Below are positions 43,034-52,468 of a stretch of 64,000 nucleotides of DNA, piece by piece. The stretch covers positions 64,001 to 128,000 of the forward strand of contig JAWLBL010000014.1 in the NCBI GenBank assembly GCA_041687695.1. The letters are read 5' to 3'. The first letter of the stretch is position 1. Every line of letters begins with the position of its first letter. Below the pieces are notes generated by a model that searched no databases, was not told the origin of the DNA, and worked only from the letters and a program-made list of their open reading frames with translations. The translations under genes were made by a program, and so were the position numbers. Source of the stretch: Myxococcota bacterium (lineage in GTDB: Bacteria > Myxococcota_A > UBA9042 > PHBI01 > JAWLBL01).

Positions 43034-44596
43034 ATGGCCGACCGCGGGTTGGGTCCGAGAGGCTGGCGCGTAGGGGCCGCAGCGCTGGCGGTGGTCCTGG
43101 GCGCCCTGCCCTCGGGCGGCTGGGCGGCCGAGGCCGAAGCGCCGGCGGCCGACCCGCCGGCCGAGCCGACCGCGCCCGACGACGCGACCGACGACTGGGG
43201 TGACGAGGGCGGCGACGACGCCTTCGACGCGCCGGACGACGGCTTCGACGTGCCCGACGACGCCTTCGACGCGCCCGAGCTGCCCGGCGCTGTCGGCGGC
43301 GTGGCGCGCCTGTCGCCCTGGTCACTGTCGGGCTTCACGCGCAGCGACTGGGCCGTGTGGTCCGAGCGCCTGGGCGAGGGCGCCTTCGCGCAGGGCCGCC
43401 AGAGCCTGGACCTGGCCCTGCGCTACAAGAAGGGCGTGTTCCGCGCGGTGGCCTCGGGACACGCCGAGATCGACCTCGCCTATGTGGTCGGGGACGACTT
43501 CGATGCGCCGACCCGCGACACGTACGAGTGGCTGGTCGATCTCCGCGAGACCTACGTCGCTGCCTCCCTCGGCGACTTCGAGCTGACGGTCGGGCGCCAG
43601 ATCGTCCCCTGGGGCGAGGGCGACGTGGTCAGCCTGCTGGACGTCGTCAACCCGCGCGACATGCGCGAGCCGGGCTTGGCCGACCTCGACGACATCCGGC
43701 TGCCGGTGGCGGCCACGCGCCTCGGCTGGTTCCACGGCCCGCACCGGGTCGAATTGATGGTCGTCCACGAGGCCCACTTTGGCTACCGCAGCCCGCCCTT
43801 CGGCCCCTTCAGCCCACTGCCGGGCATCGTCCGCCAGGAGATGCCGGCGGCCGAGGCGCTCCTGGCCGACAAGACCATCCGCTACGACGACGTCCAGCCG
43901 GCCTTCGCCCTCGAGGACCAGCAGCTGTTCGCGCGCTGGCTCTATCGCGGCGAGGGCCTGGACCTCGGCCTGTACGCCGCCAGCGTCCTCGACCAGCAGG
44001 GCCTCATCCGCCTCGACCCGGCGGCCTTCTTCGCCAGCGACACCGTCGCCGTGCCGCTCGACCATCGCCGCTTCGCGATGCTGGGCCACTCGGGCGCCAT
44101 GCCCACCGGCGACTTCCTGCTCAAGTGGGAGCTGGGCCTGGACGTCGACCGTCCCTTCACGGCCCAGTCCGAGGCCGGCCCGCTCGCGCTCGTAGCCACC
44201 GAGGCCACCCTGGTCGGCGGCCTGCTCGGCGTCACCTGGGCGGGCCTGAGCGACACCCAGGTCGCCGTCGAGCTGTCCAAGAGCCTGCGCCTGTCCTCCC
44301 TCGACGACGGCCTGAGCTTCCTCTTCCCGCCCGACGCCCCCACCGGCGCCCTGCGCGCCTCTTGGCAGGGCCTGCGCCAGCGCCTGCAGCTCGGCCTGGC
44401 GGCCACCGCGCTCGGGCTGACCGCCGAGTACGGCTTCCTGGTGCGCGGGGAAGGCAGCTACACCATCGCCGACGGCCTCAAGGCCACGGTCGGCTACATC
44501 ACCTACCAGCCGGGCGACGAGACCGGGCCGTTCACCGGCCTCGACCGCCACGATCGCCTCTTCGCGCGCCTCCGCTGGGACTTCGTGGCCTTCTGA
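43034..44596 (+). CDS. Putative outer membrane beta-barrel (DUF1302-like)
   Basis: Signal peptide; LRETYV...LTVGRQIVPWGEGD...DVVNPRD; amphipathic strands; C-terminal Phe. Confidence 0.75.
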   Translation: MADRGLGPRGWRVGAAALAVVLGALPSGGWAAEAEAPAADPPAEPTAPDDATDDWGDEGGDDAFDAPDDGFDVPDDAFDAPELPGAVGGVARLSPWSLSGFTRSDWAVWSERLGEGAFAQGRQSLDLALRYKKGVFRAVASGHAEIDLAYVVGDDFDAPTRDTYEWLVDLRETYVAASLGDFELTVGRQIVPWGEGDVVSLLDVVNPRDMREPGLADLDDIRLPVAATRLGWFHGPHRVELMVVHEAHFGYRSPPFGPFSPLPGIVRQEMPAAEALLADKTIRYDDVQPAFALEDQQLFARWLYRGEGLDLGLYAASVLDQQGLIRLDPAAFFASDTVAVPLDHRRFAMLGHSGAMPTGDFLLKWELGLDVDRPFTAQSEAGPLALVATEATLVGGLLGVTWAGLSDTQVAVELSKSLRLSSLDDGLSFLFPPDAPTGALRASWQGLRQRLQLGLAATALGLTAEYGFLVRGEGSYTIADGLKATVGYITYQPGDETGPFTGLDRHDRLFARLRWDFVAF

Positions 44597-44704
44597 GGCC
44601 GCCCCGCCGTCCCTGGGGACCGCCTCGTGGCCATCGCGGGGCGCATGGACGAAGCTGACGCTCCCCGGGCGACGTCTCGCCCACGGACCGCTAGCAGGGG
44701 CCCC

Positions 44705-45145
44705 ATGCCAGGACTACACCCGTTGGCGCTCGACCCTCCGTCCGTCCGCGCGCCCGGAGACGCCGTGGACGTCGTCGTCATCGACGACGATCCCGAGATC
44801 CGGATGTGCTTGCAGGACGTGCTCACCAGCGAAGGATACGCAGTCACCGCGCACGGCGACGGCGAGCGCGCCCTGGCCTGGTTGGCCAGCGCCAGCGCGC
44901 CGCGCCTCATCCTGCTGGATCTGTCGATGCCGACCATGAGCGGGCTCGAGGTCCTGGCCCACCTGAAGGCCGAGCCACGCCTCGCCCACGTGCCGGTCGT
45001 CGTCTTCACGGCCGCTCGGATGCCCGACGGCGAGGCCCTGCCCCCCACCGCCGCCGCCTTCCTGGCCAAGCCGGTGACCCTCGACGCCCTGCTGGGCCTG
45101 GTCGAGCGCTTCTGCCCCGCGCCGACCCCCTCGGCCCGCGCCTGA
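44705..45145 (+). CDS. Single-domain response regulator (CheY-like)
   Basis: VVIDDD, LLDLSMPTMSG, VFTA, LAKP; start uncertain (44627-44705). Confidence 0.88.
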   Translation: MPGLHPLALDPPSVRAPGDAVDVVVIDDDPEIRMCLQDVLTSEGYAVTAHGDGERALAWLASASAPRLILLDLSMPTMSGLEVLAHLKAEPRLAHVPVVVFTAARMPDGEALPPTAAAFLAKPVTLDALLGLVERFCPAPTPSARA

Positions 45146-45155
45146 CCCGACGCGC

Positions 45156-45515
45156 TCAGCCGCCGAACACCTCGGCCCAGGCCGCCTCGTCGAAGCCGAC
45201 GAGCGCGCGATCGCCCGCGAAGACCAGCGGGCGCTTGATGAGCTTGCCGTCGGCGGCCAGCGCCGCGAACGCCTCGTCGTCGCTCATCGTGGCCAGCCGG
45301 TCCTTCCAACCGCCCTGGCGATACGATTGCCCCGAGGTGTTGAAGAGCTTGCGCACCGGGACGCCCGCCCGCTGCTGGGCCTGCCGCAGCGTCTCGGCGC
45401 TCGGGGGATTGCCGACGATGTCGACGGACTCGAAGGCGACGCCGCGCGCGGCCAGCCACTTCGCGGCCTTCCGGCACGTCCCACAGGCCGGGTACTGGTA
45501 CAGGGTGACGTTCAT
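45156..45515 (-). CDS. ArsC/Spx (YffB-like) family protein
   Basis: YQYPACGTCRKA, LFNTSGQSYR, GKLIKRP, VGFDE. Confidence 0.92.
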   Translation of the reverse strand: MNVTLYQYPACGTCRKAAKWLAARGVAFESVDIVGNPPSAETLRQAQQRAGVPVRKLFNTSGQSYRQGGWKDRLATMSDDEAFAALAADGKLIKRPLVFAGDRALVGFDEAAWAEVFGG

Positions 45516-45629
45516 GGGCTCGCCCGCTCCTCCTCGGCCCGAGTTGGCCTCGAGCGCTCGGGTTTGTACTGGTTTCGATGACTTCCGCGGCCCCACGAGC
45601 TGGGCCGCGCTGCGCTGGGAGGCACGGGT

Positions 45630-46211
45630 ATGGAGTATCGGGAGTTCGTGGAAGAAGTGAAGGGCCACGGCGGGCTGGGCTCCGCGGACGAGGCCGAGCG
45701 CGCCATCGAGGCGACCCTGACCACGCTCGCCGAGCGCGTGCCGGCCGACGACACCAAGGACATCGCGCTGATGCTGCCTCGGGAGCTGCGGCGCATCCTG
45801 CAGCAGCCGCTCGGCCGCGGGCTGCGGGGGACCGAGATCGACGACATCGTCAACGAGACCACGGGGCCGACGCCGCACTTCAGCGACCAGCAGGGCGGGC
45901 GGGTGCCCGTCCGCGAGGGGCTGGGCATCTCGAAGACCGAGCGCGAGGTCCGGCGCGGCGGCGTGCCGCTCGACCGCGAGGCCTTCGTCGAGCGCGTCGG
46001 CCGGCGCGAGAACGTCAGCGCCGACCAGGCCGAGCGCCACGTCTCGGCCGTGTTCGCCGCCCTGTCCCGCGCCATCACCGGCGAGCAGGTCCGCTACATG
46101 CGCGAGCACCTGCTGCGGGGCGAGCTCGACGATCTCTTCCCGGCGTCCCGCGGCGAGGGCCAGGCCCGCCGCGACGACCCGCGCGGAGGCCACGGCCGAC
46201 GACGCCGCTGA
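45630..46211 (+). CDS. DUF2267 family protein
   Basis: MEYREFVEEV...AERAIEATLTTLAER...FVERVGRRE...AVFAALSRAITGEQ. Confidence 0.75.
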   Translation: MEYREFVEEVKGHGGLGSADEAERAIEATLTTLAERVPADDTKDIALMLPRELRRILQQPLGRGLRGTEIDDIVNETTGPTPHFSDQQGGRVPVREGLGISKTEREVRRGGVPLDREAFVERVGRRENVSADQAERHVSAVFAALSRAITGEQVRYMREHLLRGELDDLFPASRGEGQARRDDPRGGHGRRRR

Positions 46212-46236
46212 GGGCAGGCCGCCAAGGCTGACGGCG

Positions 46237-46286
46237 CTTCGAAACGGCGACGCCCGGGGTAGCCTCATCGGCCGGCCCCGGGCGTC
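46237..46286 (-). terminator. Terminator-like hairpin with GTTTCGAAG tail
   Basis: Stem GACGCCCGGGG/CCCCGGGCGTC, then GCCGTTTCGAAG on the minus strand; between convergent genes. Confidence 0.7.
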
Positions 46287-46348
46287 ACGCGGTCGACCGG
46301 GAGCGGACCCGCGTGGGCCCGCTCCGGAGGTCGTGGTCGTCGCTCAGC

Positions 46349-48454
46349 TCAGTTGGCGACGCACTCGCCGGCCTGGCAGGTGCCCGTGTCGGCCCCCGTC
46401 CCGGCGTCGCAGCCGGTGTCGTCGGCGACGGGCGTGCCCACGCAGGTGCCCGTCCCCTCGCCGCACACGATGGTGCCCGTGGCCTCGCGGCACTCGGTCG
46501 CCTCGGTCGTGCAGGCGGCATCGCAGTCGGCGCACGTGCCCTCCCAGCAGAAGGCGTCGACGCCGCAGGGGATGCTGTTGGGCTTGTTGCCCGACGGCTC
46601 ACACACCGTCTCGCCGTCGACGCAGGTCGCCGTGCCGGTCTTGCAGACCTCGCCCGGCACCGCGCACGAGGCGCCCTCTTCGCAGGCCGGGACCGGGGGG
46701 TTGCACTGGCCCTCGGCGTCGCACTCGAACCCCTTGTCGTTGCAGACGGTCCCCACCGGCAGATCGTTGCCGGTCGCCGTGCAGACGGGCTCGCCCTCGC
46801 CGCACACGAGCGTGGCCTCGGCGCAGGGATCGCCCGCGAGCACGCACGCGGCGTCGCACGCCACGCACTGCCCGCCGACGCACGCCGAGTCGCCGCCGCC
46901 GCAGCTGGTGCCGTCCGCGACCGCGCCAGAGGCCACGCACACGGGCTGACCCGACGCGCACGAGGTCTGCCCCATCACACACTCGTTGCCCTCGGGGGTG
47001 CAGGGCGCGCCCTCGTCGCAGGCGGCGCAGGCCCCGTCGAAGCACACGGCGCCCTCGCCGCAGGGGGTGCCGTTGGGCGCCGCGCCGACCAGCACGCAGG
47101 TCGCGCCGTCGTTGTCGCAGGCGACCGCGCCCTGCTGGCAGGGGTCGCCCTCGAACTGGCAGGGCGCCGACACGACGCACTGGCACTCGCCGTCCAAGCA
47201 GCTGAAGTCGTCGCCGCACGGGGTGCCGTTCGGCTGGGACGCGCCGGTGTCGACGCAGACCTCGTCGCCCGTCGAGCAGTCGGTCTCGCCGATGGCGCAG
47301 GCCTCGCCCTCGATGGCGCACGCCGCGCCGGCCACGCAGGCCTTGCACAGGCCGTTCGAGCACACCTTGTCGGTGCCGCACTCGGTGCCGTCGGGCAGGG
47401 GCGCGCCCGCCTCGCAGACCGGGAAGCCGCTGTCGCAGGAGATGGCGCCGCTCAGGCAGGCCGCCCCCGTGACGCTGCAGGCCTCGCCCGCGTTGCACAC
47501 CCCGCACTCGAAGGGCGTGCCGCCGCCGCCGCAGGTCGCGTCACCCTCGCACTCCCCGCACGACCCGCCGCAGCCGTCGTCACCGCAGCTCTTGCCGTCG
47601 CAGTCCGGCGTGCACTCGCAGCTGATCGGGTTGACGCCGCTCGGGTCCTCGGCGCCGTCGGTCTGGCAGTCGTAGAACTCGCCCTCCGCGTCCCAGCCGC
47701 AGGTGCCGGCCGGGCAGTCCAGCGTCTCGAGCGCGCCGTCCAGGCAGTAGTTCAGCTGGTCGCCCTCGCAGCACCCCTCGAAGGTCACGTTGCCGCAGGC
47801 CACCACCTCGACGCACGTCCCTGCGTCGCAGGTCGTGCCCTCGCCGCAGGTGCCGCACGAGCCGCCGCAGCCGTCGGAGCCGCACTCGCGTCCGTCGCAG
47901 TTGGGCGTGCACTCGCCGCACTCCAGCGGGTGCGCTCCGGTGGGCTCGGCTCCGGCGTCGGAGCCGCAGTCGTAGTAGCCCTGGTCGGCACGCCAGCCGC
48001 AGGGCTGGCCCTGGCAGTCGATCGAGGTGACCTCGTCGTTGTCGCAGAACTTGACGACGCCGCCATCGCAGCAGCCCTCGAAGGTGATGGCCCCGCACGG
48101 GCCGGCTGCGACGCACTGTCCGGCCTCGCAGACGTCGCCGCCCGTGCAGTCGCCGCAGGTCCCGCCGCAGCCGTCGGAGCCGCACTCCTTGCCGGCGCAG
48201 TCGGGCGTGCAGACGTCGGGGCCTTCGTCCGGCGTGACGTCCGGGGTCGTCACGTCGGCGTCCTCGCCGGTCGTCGTGTCCTCGCCCCCGCCCTCGTCCG
48301 TCCCCGTGGTCGTGTCCTCGCCCGTCTCGGCGCCGACGTCCGTCGTCACGTCGACGCCGGGGCCTCCGTTGGTTCCGTTGTCGTCGCAGGCGGCCAGGCC
48401 GGCCACGGCGATCAACGCCGCGCCGAGCGCGCGCAGGGTCTGATGGGTCCTCAT
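46349..48454 (-). CDS. Cys-rich repeat lipoprotein (CTPxCxGxxCGxDGCGG modules)
   Basis: Lipobox LAAC; Asp/Thr-rich linker; three CTP(D/N)CxG(K/R)xCGxDGCGG units plus further Cys modules. Confidence 0.85.
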   Translation of the reverse strand: MRTHQTLRALGAALIAVAGLAACDDNGTNGGPGVDVTTDVGAETGEDTTTGTDEGGGEDTTTGEDADVTTPDVTPDEGPDVCTPDCAGKECGSDGCGGTCGDCTGGDVCEAGQCVAAGPCGAITFEGCCDGGVVKFCDNDEVTSIDCQGQPCGWRADQGYYDCGSDAGAEPTGAHPLECGECTPNCDGRECGSDGCGGSCGTCGEGTTCDAGTCVEVVACGNVTFEGCCEGDQLNYCLDGALETLDCPAGTCGWDAEGEFYDCQTDGAEDPSGVNPISCECTPDCDGKSCGDDGCGGSCGECEGDATCGGGGTPFECGVCNAGEACSVTGAACLSGAISCDSGFPVCEAGAPLPDGTECGTDKVCSNGLCKACVAGAACAIEGEACAIGETDCSTGDEVCVDTGASQPNGTPCGDDFSCLDGECQCVVSAPCQFEGDPCQQGAVACDNDGATCVLVGAAPNGTPCGEGAVCFDGACAACDEGAPCTPEGNECVMGQTSCASGQPVCVASGAVADGTSCGGGDSACVGGQCVACDAACVLAGDPCAEATLVCGEGEPVCTATGNDLPVGTVCNDKGFECDAEGQCNPPVPACEEGASCAVPGEVCKTGTATCVDGETVCEPSGNKPNSIPCGVDAFCWEGTCADCDAACTTEATECREATGTIVCGEGTGTCVGTPVADDTGCDAGTGADTGTCQAGECVAN

Positions 48455-48656
48455 CGTGTGCTGCTCCATGGAGTCCGTTCGGTTCCTCGCCCGTGTACCA
48501 GCGGGTCCACGGCGACACAAGCGGTCGGGTGCAGCGCACACGCCACGACCTCGCTGGACTTGTCGCGCGCGAAGGCATATTCGGCGGTCCTGCCCTGTTT
48601 CGCCGCCCATCGACCGCCCATCACCTCTGCGGCCCGTGCGCCCACAGGAGAGAGCC

Positions 48657-49871
48657 TTGTCCAAGCGTTTGACGTCCTCGCCGCTCCGCGGCGCCCTGTT
48701 CGCCGCCGTCGCCCTCACGGGCCTCGCCGGCTGCGCCAAGGGTGAACCGGCGCCCACCGCCGCGCCGACCGCCGCGCCGACCCAGCCCGCCGACCCCAAG
48801 GCGACGGCCGCCGAGACCCCGCCGACCACCCCCGCCGCAGAGGCGGCCCCCGCCACCCCGCCGGCCACCGAAGCCCGCCCCGCGCCGGCCGTGGTGCCGC
48901 TGCCCGGCGAGCCCGACCCGTCCACCGTCGTGCTCGAGATGGCGGGCCAGACGATGACGCTCGCGCAGCTCGACGAGCGGGCCGGCGACCAGGTCAACCA
49001 GGCCCGCCTCGAGTTCTTGACCAAGGCGCACGAGGCGCGCTCGCGCGCCCTGCACGAGTACGTCGACCGCCACCTCGTCGAGCAGGAGGCCAAGCGGCTC
49101 GGCCTGGCCGACGACGAGGCCTACCTCAAGCAGCACGTCGACGACAAGCTCCCGGCGCCCAGCGACGAGGAGGTCCGCAGGTTCTACGACGAGAACAAGG
49201 ACCGCATGAACGGCGCGGCCTTCGAGGAGGTGCAGCCCCGCATCGTCGAGTTCCTGGTGAGCAACGCCCGGCGCGACAAGTTCATCGAGGTCCTCGGGGG
49301 CCTGCGTGACAAGGCCGGCGTCAAGATCTTGCTGCCGCCGCCGCGGATCCAGGTCGAGGCGGTCGGTCCGTCCAAGGGCCCCGCCGACGCGCCGCTGACC
49401 ATGGTCATCTTCTCGGACTTCGAGTGCCCCTACTGCGCCCAGGTCAACATCGCCGTCCAGGAGGTCGCCCGGGCCTACGAGGGTAAGGTGCGCTTCGTCT
49501 TCCGCGACTTCCCGCTGCCGTTCCACAAGAACGCGCCGCACGCCGCCGAGGTCGCCAAGTGCGCCGACGAGCAGGGCAAGTTCTGGGAGCTGCACGACGC
49601 CCTGTTCGCCAACCAGCAGGACCTGTCGGCGCAGGCCGTCGCCGGCTACGCCCAGGGCATCGAAGGCCTCGACACCGCCAAGCTGGCCGCGTGCGTCGAC
49701 AGCGGCCGTAAGAAGCCCCTGGTCCAGGCCGACACGATGGCCGCGCACGACGCCGGCGTCACGGGCACCCCCGCCTTCTTCATCAACGGCATCCCGCTGT
49801 CGGGCGCCATCCCGTTCGAGGGCTTCAAGGAGGTCATCGACGCGGAGCTCGACCGGCTCGGCCAGAAGTAG
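48657..49871 (+). CDS. DsbA/thioredoxin-fold lipoprotein with SurA-N-like domain (paralogue 2)
   Basis: AGGAG RBS plus TTG; LAGC; SDFECPYC, RDFPL, GVTGTPAFFING. Confidence 0.9.
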   Translation: MSKRLTSSPLRGALFAAVALTGLAGCAKGEPAPTAAPTAAPTQPADPKATAAETPPTTPAAEAAPATPPATEARPAPAVVPLPGEPDPSTVVLEMAGQTMTLAQLDERAGDQVNQARLEFLTKAHEARSRALHEYVDRHLVEQEAKRLGLADDEAYLKQHVDDKLPAPSDEEVRRFYDENKDRMNGAAFEEVQPRIVEFLVSNARRDKFIEVLGGLRDKAGVKILLPPPRIQVEAVGPSKGPADAPLTMVIFSDFECPYCAQVNIAVQEVARAYEGKVRFVFRDFPLPFHKNAPHAAEVAKCADEQGKFWELHDALFANQQDLSAQAVAGYAQGIEGLDTAKLAACVDSGRKKPLVQADTMAAHDAGVTGTPAFFINGIPLSGAIPFEGFKEVIDAELDRLGQK

Positions 49872-49892
49872 CCGGCGCATCGAAGCTTGTCC

Positions 49893-49944
49893 CGACGCGC
49901 GGGACCGAGGGCACGCCCCCCCGGTCCCGCGCGTCGTTTCGAAG
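49893..49944 (+). terminator. Terminator-like hairpin with GTTTCGAAG tail
   Basis: Stem CGACGCGCGGGACCG/CGGTCCCGCGCGTCG followed by TTTCGAAG. Confidence 0.75.
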
Positions 49945-50176
49945 CCTCGGCGCCTGGGCGGCCACGCCAGGTCTCCCAAGTGGTTTCGGCATGTTCGCGC
50001 GGCCAGCCGGGTTGCAGGGGATGACACCCGCTCTCCAGTCACCCCCGGCCCCACCCGGCGGCGCCACCGCGCGACCGACCGGCACGAGGGCCGCGCGCCA
50101 CGAGCCGGCGCACGCGTGACGGCCGCGACGGCGGCGAGCGGGTCCCGAACCGCTGCCCGTGCCCGAGGAGGCCCGC

Positions 50177-51388
50177 ATGCTCCGCCGGAGTCTCGACCTC
50201 GCTCCGTTCGCCCTGGCCCTCACCCTCGCGCTGGGCGGCTGCCGCCCCGACAAGGCCGAGGCGATGCGGCAGCCCGCCGCACCCGGAGCGGCGACGACGA
50301 GCGACCCCACGAACGCGTCCGAACCCGCGCCCGACCCGGCGGCGTCCGCCGCCGACGAGGCCGTGGCGCCGGCCGACGACCTGTCGACCATCGAGGACAC
50401 GCTGCCGCCGGAGACGGTCGTCGCGCGCGTCAACGGCAAGGCGATCCGCCTGTCGTCCGTCGACGCCGAGATCGAGGCCGAGCTGCGGCAGGCGCGCACC
50501 GAGTACGTCCAGAACGTGCACATGCTGCGCCGCCAGGCCATCGAGGCCCAGGTCGCGATGCACCTGCTCAGCGAGGAGGCCCACCGCAAGGGGATGCTGA
50601 CCCTCGAGGACTACCTGCGCGAGGAGATCGAGGACACGGTGCCCGCGCCGTCGAAGGCCGACGTCGAGCGCTTCTTCGAGGAGCACCTCGAGGGCGTGCC
50701 GCGCGCCGAGCTGGTCGAGCTCGAGGGCGACGTCCGCGAGCACCTGCACATGGAGGCCAAGCAGACCCGGCTGCTGGAGATCGTCGAGCGCCTGCGCAAG
50801 GGCGCCGACATCCAGATCGATCTGCCGCGGCCGCGGGCCCGCGTGCGCACCATCGGCCCCGCCATGGGCCCGGAGAGCGCGCCCGTGACCATCGTGATGT
50901 TCAGCGACTTCCAGTGCCCCTACTGCGCCGAGGCGGCGGAGCTCGTCGACGATCTCGTGGACGAGTACGAGGGCCGGGTGCGGCTGGTCGTGCGCGACTT
51001 CCCGCTGGCCTCGCACCCCAACGCCCAGGCCGCTGCCGAGGCCGCGCGCTGCGCCGACGAGCAGGGGCTGTACTGGCCGCTGCACGCGCGGCTGTTCGCG
51101 CATCAGGACGCGCTCGAGCCCTCCGACCTGCGCCGCCACGCGCGGAGCGTCGAGGGCCTGGACGCCGAGCGGTTCGACGAGTGCCTGTCGAGCGGACGCA
51201 TGGCCATCCTGGTCGAGGGCGACCGCGCCGACGGCGAGGCGGCCGGGGTCCAGGGGACGCCGGCGTTCTTCGTCAACGGCTACCCGGTGGCCGGCCTGGT
51301 GGAGCGGCGCGAGCTCGAGCTCATCATCGACAGCGAGCTGCGGGCGCTGAAGCGCTCGGGCGCCCTGTCCCCCGACGGCAATCCCTGA
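50177..51388 (+). CDS. DsbA/thioredoxin-fold lipoprotein with SurA-N-like domain (paralogue 3)
   Basis: GAGGAGG RBS; LGGC; SDFQCPYC, RDFPL, GVQGTPAFFVNG. Confidence 0.9.
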   Translation: MLRRSLDLAPFALALTLALGGCRPDKAEAMRQPAAPGAATTSDPTNASEPAPDPAASAADEAVAPADDLSTIEDTLPPETVVARVNGKAIRLSSVDAEIEAELRQARTEYVQNVHMLRRQAIEAQVAMHLLSEEAHRKGMLTLEDYLREEIEDTVPAPSKADVERFFEEHLEGVPRAELVELEGDVREHLHMEAKQTRLLEIVERLRKGADIQIDLPRPRARVRTIGPAMGPESAPVTIVMFSDFQCPYCAEAAELVDDLVDEYEGRVRLVVRDFPLASHPNAQAAAEAARCADEQGLYWPLHARLFAHQDALEPSDLRRHARSVEGLDAERFDECLSSGRMAILVEGDRADGEAAGVQGTPAFFVNGYPVAGLVERRELELIIDSELRALKRSGALSPDGNP

Positions 51389-51410
51389 CCCGCCGCAACG
51401 TCCGATCCCA

Positions 51411-51449
51411 CGCGCCGGTCCCCGCGGGCCGGCGCGCGTCGTTTCGAAG
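51411..51449 (+). terminator. Terminator-like hairpin with GTTTCGAAG tail
   Basis: Stem CGCGCCGGTCC/GGGCCGGCGCG, then CGTCGTTTCGAAG. Confidence 0.7.
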
Positions 51450-51493
51450 TCTGGCCGCCGAAGGTCCGGCGGTCGAAGGTCCGGGGTTGAAGG

Positions 51494-52468
51494 TCAGGCG
51501 GCCTTCGGGGCGTCCAGCGCGTTGCCCAGGCGCTGGATCGCCGACACCGGCAGGCCGCGCTCGGCGCCGCGGGCGGACCAGGTCTGGAACAAGGCGCGGG
51601 TCTGGTCGCCCACCTTGGTGAAGTGATAGGCCAGGTACGGCTCGAGCGGCAGCGGCACCGCCCAGGGCGCGACGCGCAGCAGGCCACGCAGCACCCAGGC
51701 CCGCAGCTGCCGCGCCGCGAAGGGCACGCCGCGGTCGTGGTAGGCCGCCACGATGCGCGCCGCCTCCTGCGAGGCCGCGGCCGCGAGGGGCAGCAGCTCG
51801 CTCTTGCGCAGCGCCGTGAACGACCAGCCGGCCGCCTCGAGCGCGGCGATGGCCGGCATCATCATGGCGCTGCCGACCGTCCCCTGGAAGGCCGCGTCGT
51901 CGACGCGCCGCGCCGGGTAGCGGCCCGCGCGCAGGGCGCTCACGACGTCGTCGACCCGCGCAGGCGGCCCGCTGAACGGCCCGGGGGTCATCGGCGGCAG
52001 CCAGTAGGCGACGCCGGGCTCGGGCAGCGACTCGGTCGGCAGCGGCGCCTGGTAGCTGATGAAGGTGATGACGCCCGACACGACGCGATCGGCGCCGAAG
52101 CGGGCGATCAGGTGATCCCGGTCCTCGAGCCCGGGCGTCAGCCCGACGATCGTGGCGTCGCCGCTGACGGGGGCCAGCGCGTCGAGCCAGGGCTGCTTCA
52201 TGGCCGTCGAGGACATGCACAGCCAGATCTGGTCCCAGCGCTCGCGGGCCACCGCGTCGGGCGAGGTCAGGACGTCGCAGCCCTCGAGGCGGACGCGCCT
52301 GGGACCGCCCAGCTTGCGCAGGGCGTACATCGTGAAGCCGCGCCGCGCCTCGTCGGCGTACTTGTCCTTGACCATGAGGGCGACGCGCGCGCCGCCGAGC
52401 TGCAGGTGGCGCGCGTAGACCTGCCCCACGGCGCCCGCGCCGACGACGAGGATGCGGCGTCCGCTCAC
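51494..52468 (-). CDS. Ketopantoate reductase (PanE/ApbA)-like NAD(P)-binding oxidoreductase
   Basis: ILVVGAGAVG Rossmann motif; divergent C-terminal domain; GTGA overlap with the acylase gene. Confidence 0.7.
   Translation of the reverse strand: MSGRRILVVGAGAVGQVYARHLQLGGARVALMVKDKYADEARRGFTMYALRKLGGPRRVRLEGCDVLTSPDAVARERWDQIWLCMSSTAMKQPWLDALAPVSGDATIVGLTPGLEDRDHLIARFGADRVVSGVITFISYQAPLPTESLPEPGVAYWLPPMTPGPFSGPPARVDDVVSALRAGRYPARRVDDAAFQGTVGSAMMMPAIAALEAAGWSFTALRKSELLPLAAAASQEAARIVAAYHDRGVPFAARQLRAWVLRGLLRVAPWAVPLPLEPYLAYHFTKVGDQTRALFQTWSARGAERGLPVSAIQRLGNALDAPKAA

Noticed and set aside
49893..51449. Integron attC sites
   Set aside because: No RYYYAAC/GTTRRRY boxes and no integrase; position fits terminators
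51460..51495. Triple GAAGGTC direct repeat
   Set aside because: Short, lies between convergent gene ends, and has no supporting context
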